A stretch of DNA of 64,000 nucleotides from Botryllus schlosseri (Eukaryota), in contig CM119371.1 in the NCBI GenBank assembly GCA_051294905.1, positions 8,000,001-8,064,000 of the forward strand, written 5' to 3'. Made by a program: the position numbers and the translations under genes. The notes under the pieces are model-generated. The model was not told where the DNA came from. It saw only the letters and a list, made by a program, of their open reading frames with translations, and did no database searches. Positions 1 through 13,700 of this stretch are shown in pieces (position 1 is the first letter of the stretch; the number at the start of each line of letters is the position of its first letter).

Positions 1-184
1 GTTGCACAAAATTACGATTCGCCGTCTATAGTAGCCTACTTAACGTTACAATTACAGGCGTCCATTTGTGTTGCTACTAGTGTTTAGGCTATAGCTGCCT
101 GCCTGTGTGGGTCACGTTTAGTGAATATTCGCTAATTCTGCTCGGTACTGTTTATACTGACCGCTTTTAATAATAACAAAACGA

Positions 185-410
185 ATGGGTGGTTTCTCAT
201 CCCCTCACCAAGCCAAATTAACAGAGAAGTGCGATTTGTTTAACATGGAATGGCTGTCGAAGCATATGAACACGGAAGAAAAAACTGTAAAATTAGGTGA
301 GAATATTTCTTTTTCGAGCGAGACAGGTCTGCTCTGCAAAATATGTCGAGTAGCCAAAATAGCAAACGAATAGCATTCATTTTGTTCAGAAAGCCACCGC
401 ACTCGAACTG
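185..410 (+). mobile_element. Possible relic of a hAT transposase N-terminal TTF-type zinc finger
   Basis: FNMEWL...GLLCKIC...(stop)HSFCSESH resembles the W...CxxC...HxxSxxH pattern; interrupted by a stop codon. Confidence 0.35.
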
Positions 411-1862
411 AAGCCAAAACACCCTCAAAATATGCACCACAGCACACGTGCAATATCCATGGTGTCAAGGTTTATCGTCATTGCGCGTGCGTTGTGGTGC
501 ATATCCCGAAAATATTTCAGCTGCAGCCCAAACGCAGTTGCTTTCTGAAAAAATAAATGCCTCAATGTCGTAACTTCAAGTCGAGACCACATCATGTTTG
601 GAGCGTAATTCACTTCTTCACTCGGTGTGATTATCTGGTGTCATGCAATAAAACTCAATGTAAATGCTGTACTTTGATTCTATCAATGAATCATGTTAGT
701 CGAATGGATACACGCACGTCTGGTGTTACGCACAGGACCGTAACTGCTGCATCCCAATTGGAGGGCCCGAACTCGAAGGGAAACCAAAATTATTTCGTGA
801 ATAAACATAAAATAACAATTTGAAATCGCGTACGTCTTTTAGTTTGGTACGTTAGGGCGATTTCAATATCTTTTGACACAGCAGATGGACGGACACGAAA
901 TAGCATCATGTACCGAAGTCATTATACCCACGAGTCCGCCCGAAAATGTTTGATTATTATTTAGGGGTCTTACCTTTTCCAACAGACTTCACTCGGTTAG
1001 CTCTACCGGTAAAACTGATTTCGTGAGCAGAGAGAGGATAAAATTGATAGCAATATATACATACAGTATATATATATATATATGCAATTCCCGATCATAT
1101 TGACCGATTCAAGCATGAATTACAGATTTTTTTTGCGCTCCGGGCGTCTAGGCGGTCCACCCTCTAATCGGACATGAAATGTAGATGATAAGTGGCGGCG
1201 AAATTCGTGGGGCCCGAGGGGGGTCTGGGGGGCGAAGCCCCCCAGAAGCTCTGTTTGTCAAAGGGATTGGTTGCGCACTGTTGTCCATGGGCCTGGACTT
1301 GTAAATGTGCAATGTGCAATTGTGCATACTGCATAGTTTAATTCGTTATCGGCATGGCGCAATGTGCATTGCACAGTGTTTAATTCGATTATTCGATTCG
1401 TTTATATTTTATTCCGATAAACTTAATCGACACCAAATGGACTGGTAACGAGTGCACCAATATCGAATGTCAAATCATTGACCATTTCGTACAAATCGAA
1501 TTTCTATTGATCAGGTCGTGATGTCCGCCCATATTGATCTTACTACAGTTACAGTTGAATAATAATCGCTTATTTAAAGATTGAATTGAGCTGTATGGCT
1601 TAATGTTAACGAGTACAGTCACAGTGTCAGTGTTAAAACGCCGCGTCAAAATTTTCATACTCTACACAGCAATGGCATCGAGTAAAATGCGTTCTAGTGC
1701 AACTATGATGTTATCGACAATTGACAAGTATTATTTATGGCGTCACAAGCCAACATGACAGCACCTATGTCTTCGTTGCTGCATCCGATGTTACTGACGG
1801 CTGACAGACTCTAGATTACTATAGATAACTAACCTACTGGTAAATTACTAATCTATGTAGAC

Positions 1863-2119
1863 CAGGGGTGGCCAGCCATTTCGGCTGAAGGGTCACATGA
1901 AATTGACGAACGAGTGCGCTGCCCACTAGCCGCGCCAGGCGCGTAAAATTTTCAAAGTTAATATTAATATTACTTGGGTATATTGCGGATCGACTGTATA
2001 CCGCCAGCTGAGCTCAGTTTGCAAGGACAGAACAATTCCATTTCGATAATAATACAGGATTTCGATGATGTATTGGGAAATTAGCTAGCGGGCCGCAGGC
2101 CTCGGGTTGCCCACCCCTG
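1863..2119. mobile_element. hAT MITE
   Basis: TIRs CAGGGGTGGCCA/TGCCCACCCCTG; 8-bp TSD atgtagac/atatagac. Confidence 0.8.
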
Positions 2120-2907
2120 ATATAGACAGACACCTTCGATAGTTTTCAGAGCCGGAGCCGGGGCTGGAGCCGGAGCAGTAGTAATGATGCGGCTCCGGAG
2201 TTGGAGCCGGAGCTAGTGTATGATAGATGAAATCTCCGGAGCCGGAGCTGGAGCAATGCAAATTTACGGCTGCTCCAAAGCCCTGGTGACATGAAATGAT
2301 TGTACCATTGGATTGAATGTTCTGACATCGCAACTTCAGCAGATACAGGACATAGTATATGTACGTTGTACAGCTGGAACATTGAAATATTCTTTCTCCA
2401 CATCTGTGCTGTATCCCTTTCACCAAAGTATTGTTTGAAGCTGGCCCAGCCCCAATCCGCACCATAATGAAACTAAAACCGCAATCACACAGTGGATGCA
2501 GGCATTAGATTATTGGTTTTCGCGACGTGAGTGGAACAGCAGCCATATTAATGCACGCAAGAGTTATACGATCTACAAGGACCGTAACTGCCGCACCTAA
2601 AACTCCCAATTGGTGGGAGCTCATACAGGCCCAAATTTCGTTGGTCGTTTGTTTGTTGGAGGAGATTTACTCAACTTGAATATTTTCGTCACGCTTCGCG
2701 CGATTTCATTAATTTGAAGGTCTGCATTTGTTATGATCAGTAAGAGAAAAATGAGCTGATTTTAGAGAAATAGGCATATCGGCGCTATCGATGACCACGC
2801 CTTGAACGCCACTATGACTCTAGGATAAGAGGTGGGCCACAGAACATTTTCAAACCGGAAAATGGGCCATGGGTAAAGAACGGCTGAGAACCCCTAGCCT
2901 AGACCAT

Positions 2908-3033
2908 GGTGGGTGTCTGATTCCATAGACTACTCCAAGTCGCTTCGACACCTTCCTATCTTGTCATTGTATCGCAATTTTGTTGTGTATTGAACTGATA
3001 AAAATTACTAATAAACCAATGATGATGATGATG
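2908..3033 (+). mobile_element. 3' end of a non-LTR retroelement with (ATG)n tail
   Basis: ...aataaaccaatgatgatgatgatg. Further copies at 28017-28146 (-), 35978-36080 (+), and a related one with a (TTGA)n tail at 39220-39355 (-). Confidence 0.7.
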
Positions 3034-4762
3034 TTGAACTAAGTAGCTTGCCAGGAATAGAGAAAGAACGTTCAACCATGGCAGTTTTTGTCTGGCAACA
3101 CTGAAGTTATGCGGACGCTGCTGGTGACACACCGTGTTGCTTCATTCTGACAATGTTGTATACAATGTAGACTCTACATGACAGGTTTTCTTCGTGCGAT
3201 TATTGATATAACAACCAATGTCCACGCCCACGCAGATATAACAACCAATGTCCACGCCCACGCAGTCTTGTTTTAGTTAGGATATTGCGGTATGTTGAGT
3301 ACAACACCATGTCAACCTATCTGTTTCATTTGAACTATTATGATTGAAAACGAGCAGACAACGGTATAATTATAAAGTAGGCTACAAGAAGTAAAATTTC
3401 TAATGATAAGTTCACCGACAGTGCAAACATCTACGATATCAACGAAATGCAGGTTGCAAAACATTTTGATTTTATAAACAATTTTGACAATTTTTTGACC
3501 TAACGCTACAATTTTGACATGCTAAAAAATTCGCCCTATTGATGACTAATAAAAAAAGACCATCCCTTCTCATCAAACCTCACAATCACGGCCTCATTGC
3601 CGACGATGACTTTTTTTAGTCACTGTCATTGGAATTTGGCACTGAATATGACATATCTGGACTACTATTCTTCAAAATCTATTGACATAACCCTCTTGCG
3701 GAACCCCTGCACAGTCTAGTCGGCACCCCAATGTGTCAGCATAGTGGTTGAGATCCCCTGCCATTGACGGTAGGCCCACAAGACTTTTGAAAACTACTGG
3801 ATGATTTTTAGAATGCGCCATTAGAATTTCTACTGGAACTATTCCATTTGCAACTATAACTATAACTATATTCAGTGCGGATTAAGTAACATATTGATTT
3901 TCCTTTTATCCTATATGGAAATCGGCTTTCCACATGACCTTACGTTCAAACGTGAAATAGTAGTGGTTATGAGCACAATCATCTCCCTCTTTTCTCTTAC
4001 ATCTGCACCTAAGACCAAAAAGAACTAGGGTCATAAAAGAAGGATAAACCGCCGGCATATCCTTGCGAAGCAAATCCGTCGGTGCAAAGTCAACGAGAAG
4101 AAACAAATAAAAACAACTCAAACAGCAACAAAACAAACCGATCTGGCTGCAACTTTATTAATGGGGGAGATTGGCAAAAGATCTGGCTTTTGACGGGCCG
4201 GGGTTTGGCGGGCCGCCAGAAGAGAAAAAAATGATACTAGCTCCGAAGAAATAGGACGTAATCTCTTCTCTGCCAGTCACCAAAGTAGCCAGTATAGCGA
4301 ACGTCAAATGGATAATGGATAAATAGCTGTTTGATGTTTATTTTTCATTGTGTGTTTGACATCAGCAGTTATGATGAACTATGCTTGACGAATAATATCC
4401 TTGTATGAATGTATGAAGGTACGAATGTACGAATTACCCAGATATGGACGGGCTACTTTCATCCTGGGAAGTTTTCAGACGTCGAACAAGCGAACATCAC
4501 CTAAGCGAAGTATAACTGAGTGAGTGCGCACTGCTCTCGGGGACACAACAATTTTGTCTCACGAATGTAATCAGCAGTAATTACTGCACCTTTCCTGTGT
4601 GTCTATATTTTGTCAAGCATCAACCAGCTCGGCCCTTTTGATTTTGAAGTGCGAAGTTTTCTGTTGGTAGGTTTGATCCGTGACTGTCGTTCCCGCAGTG
4701 ACGGCTGTGTAAGCAATTTGCGTTTTCTTGCAGATAAGACCGTGAAGTTGATTTTGATAGAG

Positions 4763-7700
4763 ATGTTACCTCATTCTGGAGCATTAGGGAATGCAATCGG
4801 CTCCAAGAAGCAATCGTCTCGTGAACCACAGGCAAATATGGGACAAAGCGCCCACGAGACTAGCGTCCTTTCTAAATGTGATGCTGAAGGTAAGATACGG
4901 AATGGCTTCGTCATCTGTAGGTAAAATTACTGAGGGTCAATACTTGACCCTTTGAATACTAGTTGAGGCGCAATAGGCTTGCTCATTGCGACCCTACCAT
5001 TAATTTCAGGAACTAATGTCGGGTATCGAACTCGTAAATCCGTTATCTTGGTGATTGACTGCCTTTATCATTGAACAGCTTCATTTCTCATTCTTACCTC
5101 CAACGCGTTTGTCCTACCCACCCTGTTGTGAAATGGCAAAGGTTACCAATCAGAATTAGTCAAATCGCATATCCGTACTTGCTTTATTCAGCGTAGTGTG
5201 AGATTGTTTTGAGCATCACCTCCACATCTCCTAGCAAAAGTCGTTGCTAAGTGCTAATAAAGTAAATCACCCATGGATATCGTAGGGTTAGGCGTCGTGG
5301 GTGATTGATTTCAGTGTCACCTCTGCATCTCCCATCCGAATTCGGTACTTATACAGTAAACCACATATGTATATCATAGGATTATGAATAATCAAATTAA
5401 CTCTGGAGGGGATTTGTAAGCATTTTGGAATTATCAGAAATTACCGGAGAAGGTTGTGTTCTGCCGTCATGAGCTATGAGGAACGACACGTGTCAGACAT
5501 CGTTTAAAGTATATAAAGTATAATAATTGGAAATTGGAGGCATCGTCCAACCTAGTCAACATCGAAATATCCTTTACCGGATATACCTCCATTGTGCACT
5601 TTTTTTTTATCCGTATTCTTGATCAACTTCGTTCGGTTCCGTTGCCTGCTCTGCGTTTAAATTTTGTTCTGTATCCTTGTCGTATTTGAGCACAACATAT
5701 TGAAGGAGTAATTTTGGTAGAGCCGTGAATGCCGTGATGGTCGCGGAAATCTGCACCTGTCAGCCTTATTAGTGTTCAACTAGCTCGTAGACTACTGCAA
5801 TCCCACTCTGGCCTAATCATCAGCTCTAGCAGGACACTTGATAATGCATACTATACAAGATACGACGCATGTTTCACTCTTGTGTCCACCAAGTGTTGTT
5901 CCTTCACTTTAATATCGTGGTGTATTATATAGGCACTTGGTGTCCATGACAATACTCGATATAAAATAAATGCAATTGTAATGGTGTAGATGTCACATCC
6001 GCCACTCATACAATAACTAGTGCATTTTTTGACATGTCACGAGTCAAGATTAGGTCAAAATTGTAAACATAGTCAACTTTATTTACAACCTGCATTTCGT
6101 TCGTATCGTATATTTTTCACTATGTAACTTATCATTTGATATTTTACAGCTTGTAGCCTACTTTATGGGCCTACCGTTGTTTTTGTAGCATCGCCTCCTC
6201 GTATTCTCTCCCTATTCCCCAGCTAGTAATTTTCCCTCTTACGTGGGAGTGCGAGCAAGTAATTAGTTCAGGTGGGGTTGATTTTGAGTTTTTGTAGCAT
6301 CGCCTCCTCGTATTCTCCCCCTATTCCCCAGCTAGTAATTTTCTCTCTTACGTGGGAGTGCGAGCAAGTATTTCCTTCCTTGATGACTAGCAAGTATTTC
6401 CATCCCTGATGACTATCAAGTCGAAGAAACGAAACCGACTTGTTGCGCCCATGCATGACTTTCGATGCGCTGTGAGCAAAGGTATACCACACATCGACCA
6501 GCTGGTGCAGGGTCGGCCAACCCGTGGCTTGCGAGTCAAATGTGGCCCGCGAGAAGATTTATGAGTGGTCCGGGAGACAATTCTCGAAATTACTTATAAT
6601 ATCAAATAATAACTTTTAATATCAAATAAAAAATTATTCAAGTCATTTACTGTGAACTTCCAAGACCAACCAAAAACTTGATAAGTCTGACCCCGAAATT
6701 TGGGATCTTGATGACTTAAATACCAGTTCGGACGCATTGGCGTAGCCAGGGACCAGAAACATTTTCCGTAGATCTCCCTATATGAACATAAAGTAGAATA
6801 TTTCGTGGTAGATTTATTTGAATTGATCTTTTTCTTGGCACTTAGCGCGATTTGTTGTCACTCAATTTCTTGCTTTTTCTAGCCCTTCCTGAATATAAAA
6901 ATACGCCCAATCTACTTAATTGGCTATATTGGCAATTATGAGAGAACGTGCCGCCCAACATCCGACTTCGCGTCTGCACTCGCAGAGATGATGAATAAGA
7001 TGAATATGATCGGCGATGAAATTTCTGCGCAAAATGCTAGACGCATGCTTACCGAAATCGTCGATATTCATATGTCCGAATAATCCTGTGTTTGCCAAGT
7101 GATCCCAGTGTTATACAGAGGTGACCCGCAATATATACAAGTGACATTAGTATTGGCCGAACTCATTCACTAACTTATGAAAAATTTTCGCGCTTGGCGC
7201 GGTTACTTCATGAGTGCACTATGCACACTGACTTTTCGTGACATAATTATTTTCGATTTTGATGCGTAGTAATATAAGTCTTGTTTTCATCATTACCTAA
7301 TCCGGTTCGCTCCTATATCGGGGGTGGCTAAAAAAGGTCATCAACATTCAAGTGGCCCGCGCAACGGTTGCAAATCTCATTTGGCCATTTGGTCGAAAAG
7401 GTTCGCCGACCCTGAGCTGGTGGAAAATAAGCAAATGCGGCCATCACAATAAATAAATTGGCCTTTGTTGTTTGTTTGTTATTAATTCATTACGTTGTTC
7501 TTCTTGTGACTGGTGGTGAAAAAATAATTCCATGCATCCAATCAGCCCTGACTGATGATGCCTAATTGAATAGAATTTGTTATTACACCTTGCATAGATC
7601 AAATCCGTGTCTATGACGTCATAAATGATAGAAAACTTTTTGACCGCCTTCGGCGCGCGTAACTTGTAGGTGGTACGCGAGCACTGCATAAAACCTCGAA

Positions 7701-10700
7701 ATGGTACGTGGGTAGAAAAAGGTTGGGAACCACTGTACTAACTGAAGCAAGACTGCGTGGGCATTGCATGTTTCTTATATATCAAAGCGCATGATGAAAA
7801 ATTGTGATGTAAACACGATTGTCAGAATGAAGCATCACGGCAGTCTACGCACAACTTCAATGTCGGCAGCCAACAACTGTTGCCGTTGAATGTTCTTTCT
7901 CCATTATTGGCAAGCTACTTCGTAAGGACAGACACTTTCTACCCGAGAATGGAGGGATATTTCTACAATTATGCGTGATGTAACTACTGGAATTTACCAT
8001 AGGTCCAGATTTTGATAAAATGAAGTCTTTCATGTAACAAATTGATAGTTTTAGTCCAAAAAAAAATTTTTTTTTAGGTCAAACTATTTTGTAATGACAG
8101 ACAATTCCAACCAGAAATGAAGGAAGTAGAACAATTGTAAGATTAAGTGGAGAAACACCTCGTCTGTATACGTTAGACAGTGGTTCCCAACCTTTTTCGA
8201 CTCATCTCCCCCTTTTGTAGCTCCACACCGATCATCGCCCCCCAAATATTGGGAACCGAAAAACTGCACTTCGTCAGCCCTCACCCCCCCCCCCCCATCC
8301 CCCCGAAAAAAATGTTGGACTTTGGCCTAATAGGGTGATACCAAACCCCAGACCCCTCTCAGCCAGTGGGCTTTTTGTCGCTACATATCAGCTATACCCT
8401 ATTTCATGTATTGTTTGGTGAGTCCGTATTTCGCCTAAACGCGCGAAGTGCGACAAATTTATATAATTCAGGCTTGAATCGGTCAATATGGTCGATGTGG
8501 TAAGTTGGAAAAGGTAGGACCCCTAAATAATAATTAAACATCTTCGGGCGGAATCGTTGTTATATTGACTTCTTTACATGATGCTATTTCGTGACCTCCT
8601 ATATCTGCTATATGTCAGAAGATATGGAAATCGTCAAAGCGTAACAAACTAAAAGACGCACATGATTTCATATTGGCATTTCTTTACTGGCAAATAATTT
8701 TTTCCTTGCGGGATGGCATTTGTCCTGTAGGGTTAAGGACGCCAGGACAGGAACATTCGACGCCAGCCATTGAGGCGCCTATGGACAATTAAACATATAT
8801 GTATATATATCGAAGTTTTCGGTCAGCATAAGGGCATTCTTTTTCGGCCAAGGTCTTCTCGCTGCTCATCGTTCTGGCACACTTCTCGAAGTCGCATGTT
8901 ATTTGGCCTCTAACTTCATATGTCTTGGTGCGTCGTGGCGCAGTAATGGCCGACGCCGAAGTCTTCTATTTCCATAAATCATGCGTATTTTTGTTGGGTG
9001 ATGCGGACCCCAACATCAAGATACATGAAAATATTGAATCGCGCGAAGCACGAAAAATTTTTGAAAAAGTCGCATGAATTTCTAAAATATTACTCTATCA
9101 TTCATGTTAATTCACGAGATAATTTTGGGCTTCCTTCGATTTCGGGCCGCTCACCCCCAATTGGGGGGTTTGGGGTGCGGTAGTTACGGTCCCGACTCCA
9201 ATATAGCCGTTTTAACGCGCCATCGCCCCCTATCGCCCCCTTTGTTGTTTTCGCCCCCTATCGCCCCCTTCGTCCGTTTTCGCCCCCCTATCGCCCCCTT
9301 CGTTATTTTCGCCCCCCTAGACCGCTAAATCGCCCCCTGGGGGGCGATATCGCCCACGTTGGGAACCACTGCGTTAGATCAAAATGTATTCAAATTGAGT
9401 TTTTTTGTGTCGAAAATGTCAAAATTTTGATCTTGTCTATCGAAATATTCCTTTTGTTAGGTCTACAAAATTGCTCAACTAATAAGTCGTCTAATTATTT
9501 CCGTTTCAGTGACCGTCTTTCACGAACCGGTAATTGATCGAACGAAAGCGAAAGGTGTAGATCAACTACATGCTCAAGTCGGGATTGATTGTGAGCCTGG
9601 GACTTCGAACGCAATGTCAGAAGTCTTCGTTCCAACAAATGAGGAATCTGGTAAAGCAGAGATTTGATGAGCAGTTGCTGATCACCCGCAAGCCCGTATT
9701 ATTATTATTATTAACTGATGCCGATGCATTTTATGTAGGCATACCAACGAACGCCTCCTAGATCTCCGACCTTGCAGCTACTAGTTGCTTTTAAAATATC
9801 ATCCTTTCAGGAAATATCCCACAGGGAAGCGATCAAAGCGAATGGAAAGACGATACTAAACCTGGTAGGGATAGCATCGACGGACCGTTGGATTTGCACA
9901 TTCCAGAACGTAATGGTATGCTTTCCGACACCGGAAACGTCCCAGTCACTCGATACTATACACTCCCTTTGTCGAGGACTTTTGTTCACTCCAGTCGCGT
10001 TCTGTGACGGCCTGTGTTTGAAACCCCGCCCTGCATTTTTGTCAGTGAATTGAGACAGAAGCTCAGCACGTAAAAATGATCTAATGGATAATATTCAGTC
10101 CTAATGTATAAAGTACATTTCCTATACTGCATCATAGTTCGCTTGACTACCGTTACGTGATCACCGGGACGTTGCCTATTTTCATACAACCTGTTCTTTT
10201 CCAATGAATAAAAAAGAGGGGTAGATCATATACATAGAAGTTGTACTGCTTACACAAGCGGCTCTGTTGTGTGACCACTTCCACTTCACCTCAGTATTTT
10301 TTGTGTAAAATATAAATTTCTAGATCTGTTTTTGTGGAGTAGAAGCTGTTCTAGGGTATGTTCGCATGACGATGACGTGTTTTCCGTTTCAGCGATCGTC
10401 TCGCACGAACCGTTATTTGATCAGGCGAACGCGGAAGCTGTAGAAGAACTGCCCGCTGAAGTTGGGACTGATTGTGAGCCTCGTGCGACGAGCGTAATGT
10501 CGGAAGTCTTGGTTCCAACAAATGAGGAATCTGGTAATGCAAAGTGTTAACGTGCAGTTACTGACCAGCGACCACCCGCAAGCCCCGTGTTATAGTTGCT
10601 AATGCCAATACGTTCTATGTAGCCATACCAGATAACGCCTTTTGAATCTCCCGACGTTACACTTACTGGTTGCTTTTAAAATGCCATTCTTACAGGAAAT

Positions 10701-13700
10701 ATGCCGGATATACCCGGGAGTGATCAAACTGAAGAAAATATTCCGGATAAACCAGGAAGTGATCAAACCGCATGGACGGACGGGCCTGAACCTGGCACGG
10801 ATAGCAACGACGGACAATTGGATTTGCCTGTATCGGGAAGTAAGATAATGCCTACCGTCTTCACTAGCTATTAAAGGCGGCCCGTGTTTGAAACTCCGCG
10901 CTGCATTTTAGACGTTGAAAGAGACGGACGTTCGTCCCACATGACATTCATCCATTAAGGATTAACTATTCCTAATCCATTAATTGCACTTCCTGTATTG
11001 CATCATGATTCGCTAGACTACCGTTGTGTGACCAATTTTATTTTGCCCCTTTCAAAACGTAGCCTACTCTGCTGTTTCATCAAGTAAGGAAGACAGGGGT
11101 ATTTCATACATAGAGGCTGCACAGTAGGGCTGTTCAAAAATAACCTTTTTTCCTTAATCTTGCGGGTTACTTGATTAAATCGTTAGGTTGCCTTAAAAAA
11201 CGACGCACACCAAATTTGAATTCATTCCAACCAATATTCGCGGATTTCGTAGAGTTTGAAAATTTTGAACTTGCCTAAAAATGCAAAAAAAATTTTTTTT
11301 CCAATTTTCCTTCCAACCTTATGAAATTGTTTCACTGTCTTCAAAAACGATGCAAAACAAATTTGACTCAATTCCAAGCTGCAGAAGCCGAGTTATTCAA
11401 GTTTTTTGATGATAATTCTGGGATGATCCACCAATCAAGTATAATCCCAGAATTATCAAAGAAAAACTGAAATAACTCCACTTCTACGGCTTCGAATTGA
11501 GTCAAATTTGTTTGGCATCGTTTTCGAAGACAGCGTAACAATTTCATGGGGTTGGCAGAAAAATTTGAAAATTTTTTTTTTTGCATTTTTAGGCAAATTC
11601 AAAATTTTCAAACTCTACGAAATCCGCGAATATTGGTTGGAATAAATTCAAATTTGGTGTGCGTCGTTTTTTAAGGCAACCTAACGATTTAATCAAGTAA
11701 CCCTCAAGATTCAGGAAAAAAGGTTATTTTTGAACAGCCCTACTGCACAGCCTACATGGGCAGTTATATTGTGAGACTACTTCACTCTTTTGTAATTTAA
11801 ATCATCAATTGTTAAATCTTTGGGAAGTAACTTTTGTAATTTAAATCATCAATTGTTAAATCTTTGGGAAGTACGGCGTAGGTAAAGTTCTGGGATACCC
11901 CGTTTGCATCTCTTCTACGAATGAAATTGCCATACCAATTAGGCAAAACAGCGCTGTAACATGCAAACTGTATAAAGTGTTATTCGCGAAGATGCACTTG
12001 GCAATTCGGAATATCGCCACAAACTACTTTAAAGTAGGTGAGCACTCGACCGAATCTACTCTTCAGCACTGCACACTTGAGTATTTCTTGTAACTTTCAT
12101 TTAGTACTTCTACTTGAAGTAGTTTTTACATGTCTTTGAAGTCGCAACATGTAGGCCGACTTGGTAATTGAATGGAAATTTCCGGCTTTCATTCCATTCG
12201 ATATGCACGCTATTTTGACCACTTGGCATATCGGTATATCAGCGTGGGCGGAATTACGGATACCTGGTTCACTCGTCCGTTAACCTTTTTTGGCACCGTG
12301 CGTAATGTTATACATCGCGACATGTTCCGTTTGGTAATTGTGATCCGGTAGAACTTGCAGAAACTTTCGACCACGCCCAACATTTTCACAAATAGTCTGG
12401 CGTCACGTCATCGTATAGCTACGACGATTCCAAGGCGTGGTACTGTGATTTTTATATCTTAACAGAAGTATTGGGATTGCCTCCTGTACATAATGAGGCT
12501 ACAAGAGATTCTGGTTTCCAAGAGCTCCCTTGTGAACCCGACACTGAATTGAAAGAGGCCGTGGATTGCGGGTTGGGTAGCTCTAAGGATGTCAGTGTCG
12601 TTGCTCCGGCCAGAGGTGAAAGTAAGCTTGTATTCGATAAGCGTACCACTGATATTCGTCAACGTTCCAGCAGCTCCTGGTATCATGGACACTGCATGTT
12701 GCCCAAGAGCAACTATACTGCCGTTAAGCTAAATCCGGTCCTTGATACCCAAAAGGCCTAATCGTAACTGAACGCATGTCATCTATTGTTTGGAGATCGG
12801 TTAGCTGCTTTGAAAGTTCAGTCGCTCACCATATTACGGTCCCTCGCTGCATTGCGCTTTCGCATTTGTGCTTCCAGTGACGAAGTGTAATATCGCAGGA
12901 CGGCACAAAAATACATTGATCACATTTTCTACAGTGGTCGTATTGTTCGTGGAGTTACTATTGAAAACGCACCCACTTCATTGAACAACGCGTTGCCACA
13001 AATCTGAGACAATATCTAAATAAGCTCATTTGATTCTATATGAAGCATGATTTCCCACCTTTCGCGAAGTAGGATGAATAAAGCATTGGACCAATTTTCT
13101 ATCAACTTCCATCGCTTATACATTATACTGAAAAAAAACAAGACTTAGGCCTACTTACACACATTTTCCCGCCCGTCTCTTGACTGATTGACAAGGGAGC
13201 AATATCGTACTCTTTAAGTTGCAAGTATTTTCCCCTCCGTCTCTCGACTGATTGACGAGGGACCAATATCGCCCTGTTTGGGAACCACCGACTGGGCCAT
13301 ATGTTTGCTTGCTCTTGGGAGATCGCTCAACCATTCAGGAAAAAAAGGGTATTCAATTGTTCTATTGTTACAGATGATTTTAAAAAGCCTGTCGATGCGT
13401 ACGATGATGTCGAGGCGCAAGTGAAAGAGATGCCCTCTGGATGTAAACCGCAGGCGCGAGTCGAAACGTCCGTGAAAAATGAACCAGGGGACGCGCAGGA
13501 CGTCGACGCGGACCATATTCGTGATAGTAAGCCTCGTTATAGACTCGAATGTTGCCAGAGGTGGCCAATGTAGTTACCGTTGCTTCTCAAGTACAGTAAC
13601 GGAGAACTTATACTATAATAATTTATGTTGCTAATACTAAAGTGTTTTACACTACTTCACGTCATTGGTCTTTTTACCTCACTTCATTGGTATTTTTACG

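Noticed and set aside
2085..2465. 126-aa Pro/Gly/Ser-rich ORF
   Set aside because: Derived from the GGAGCC repeats of a MITE end.
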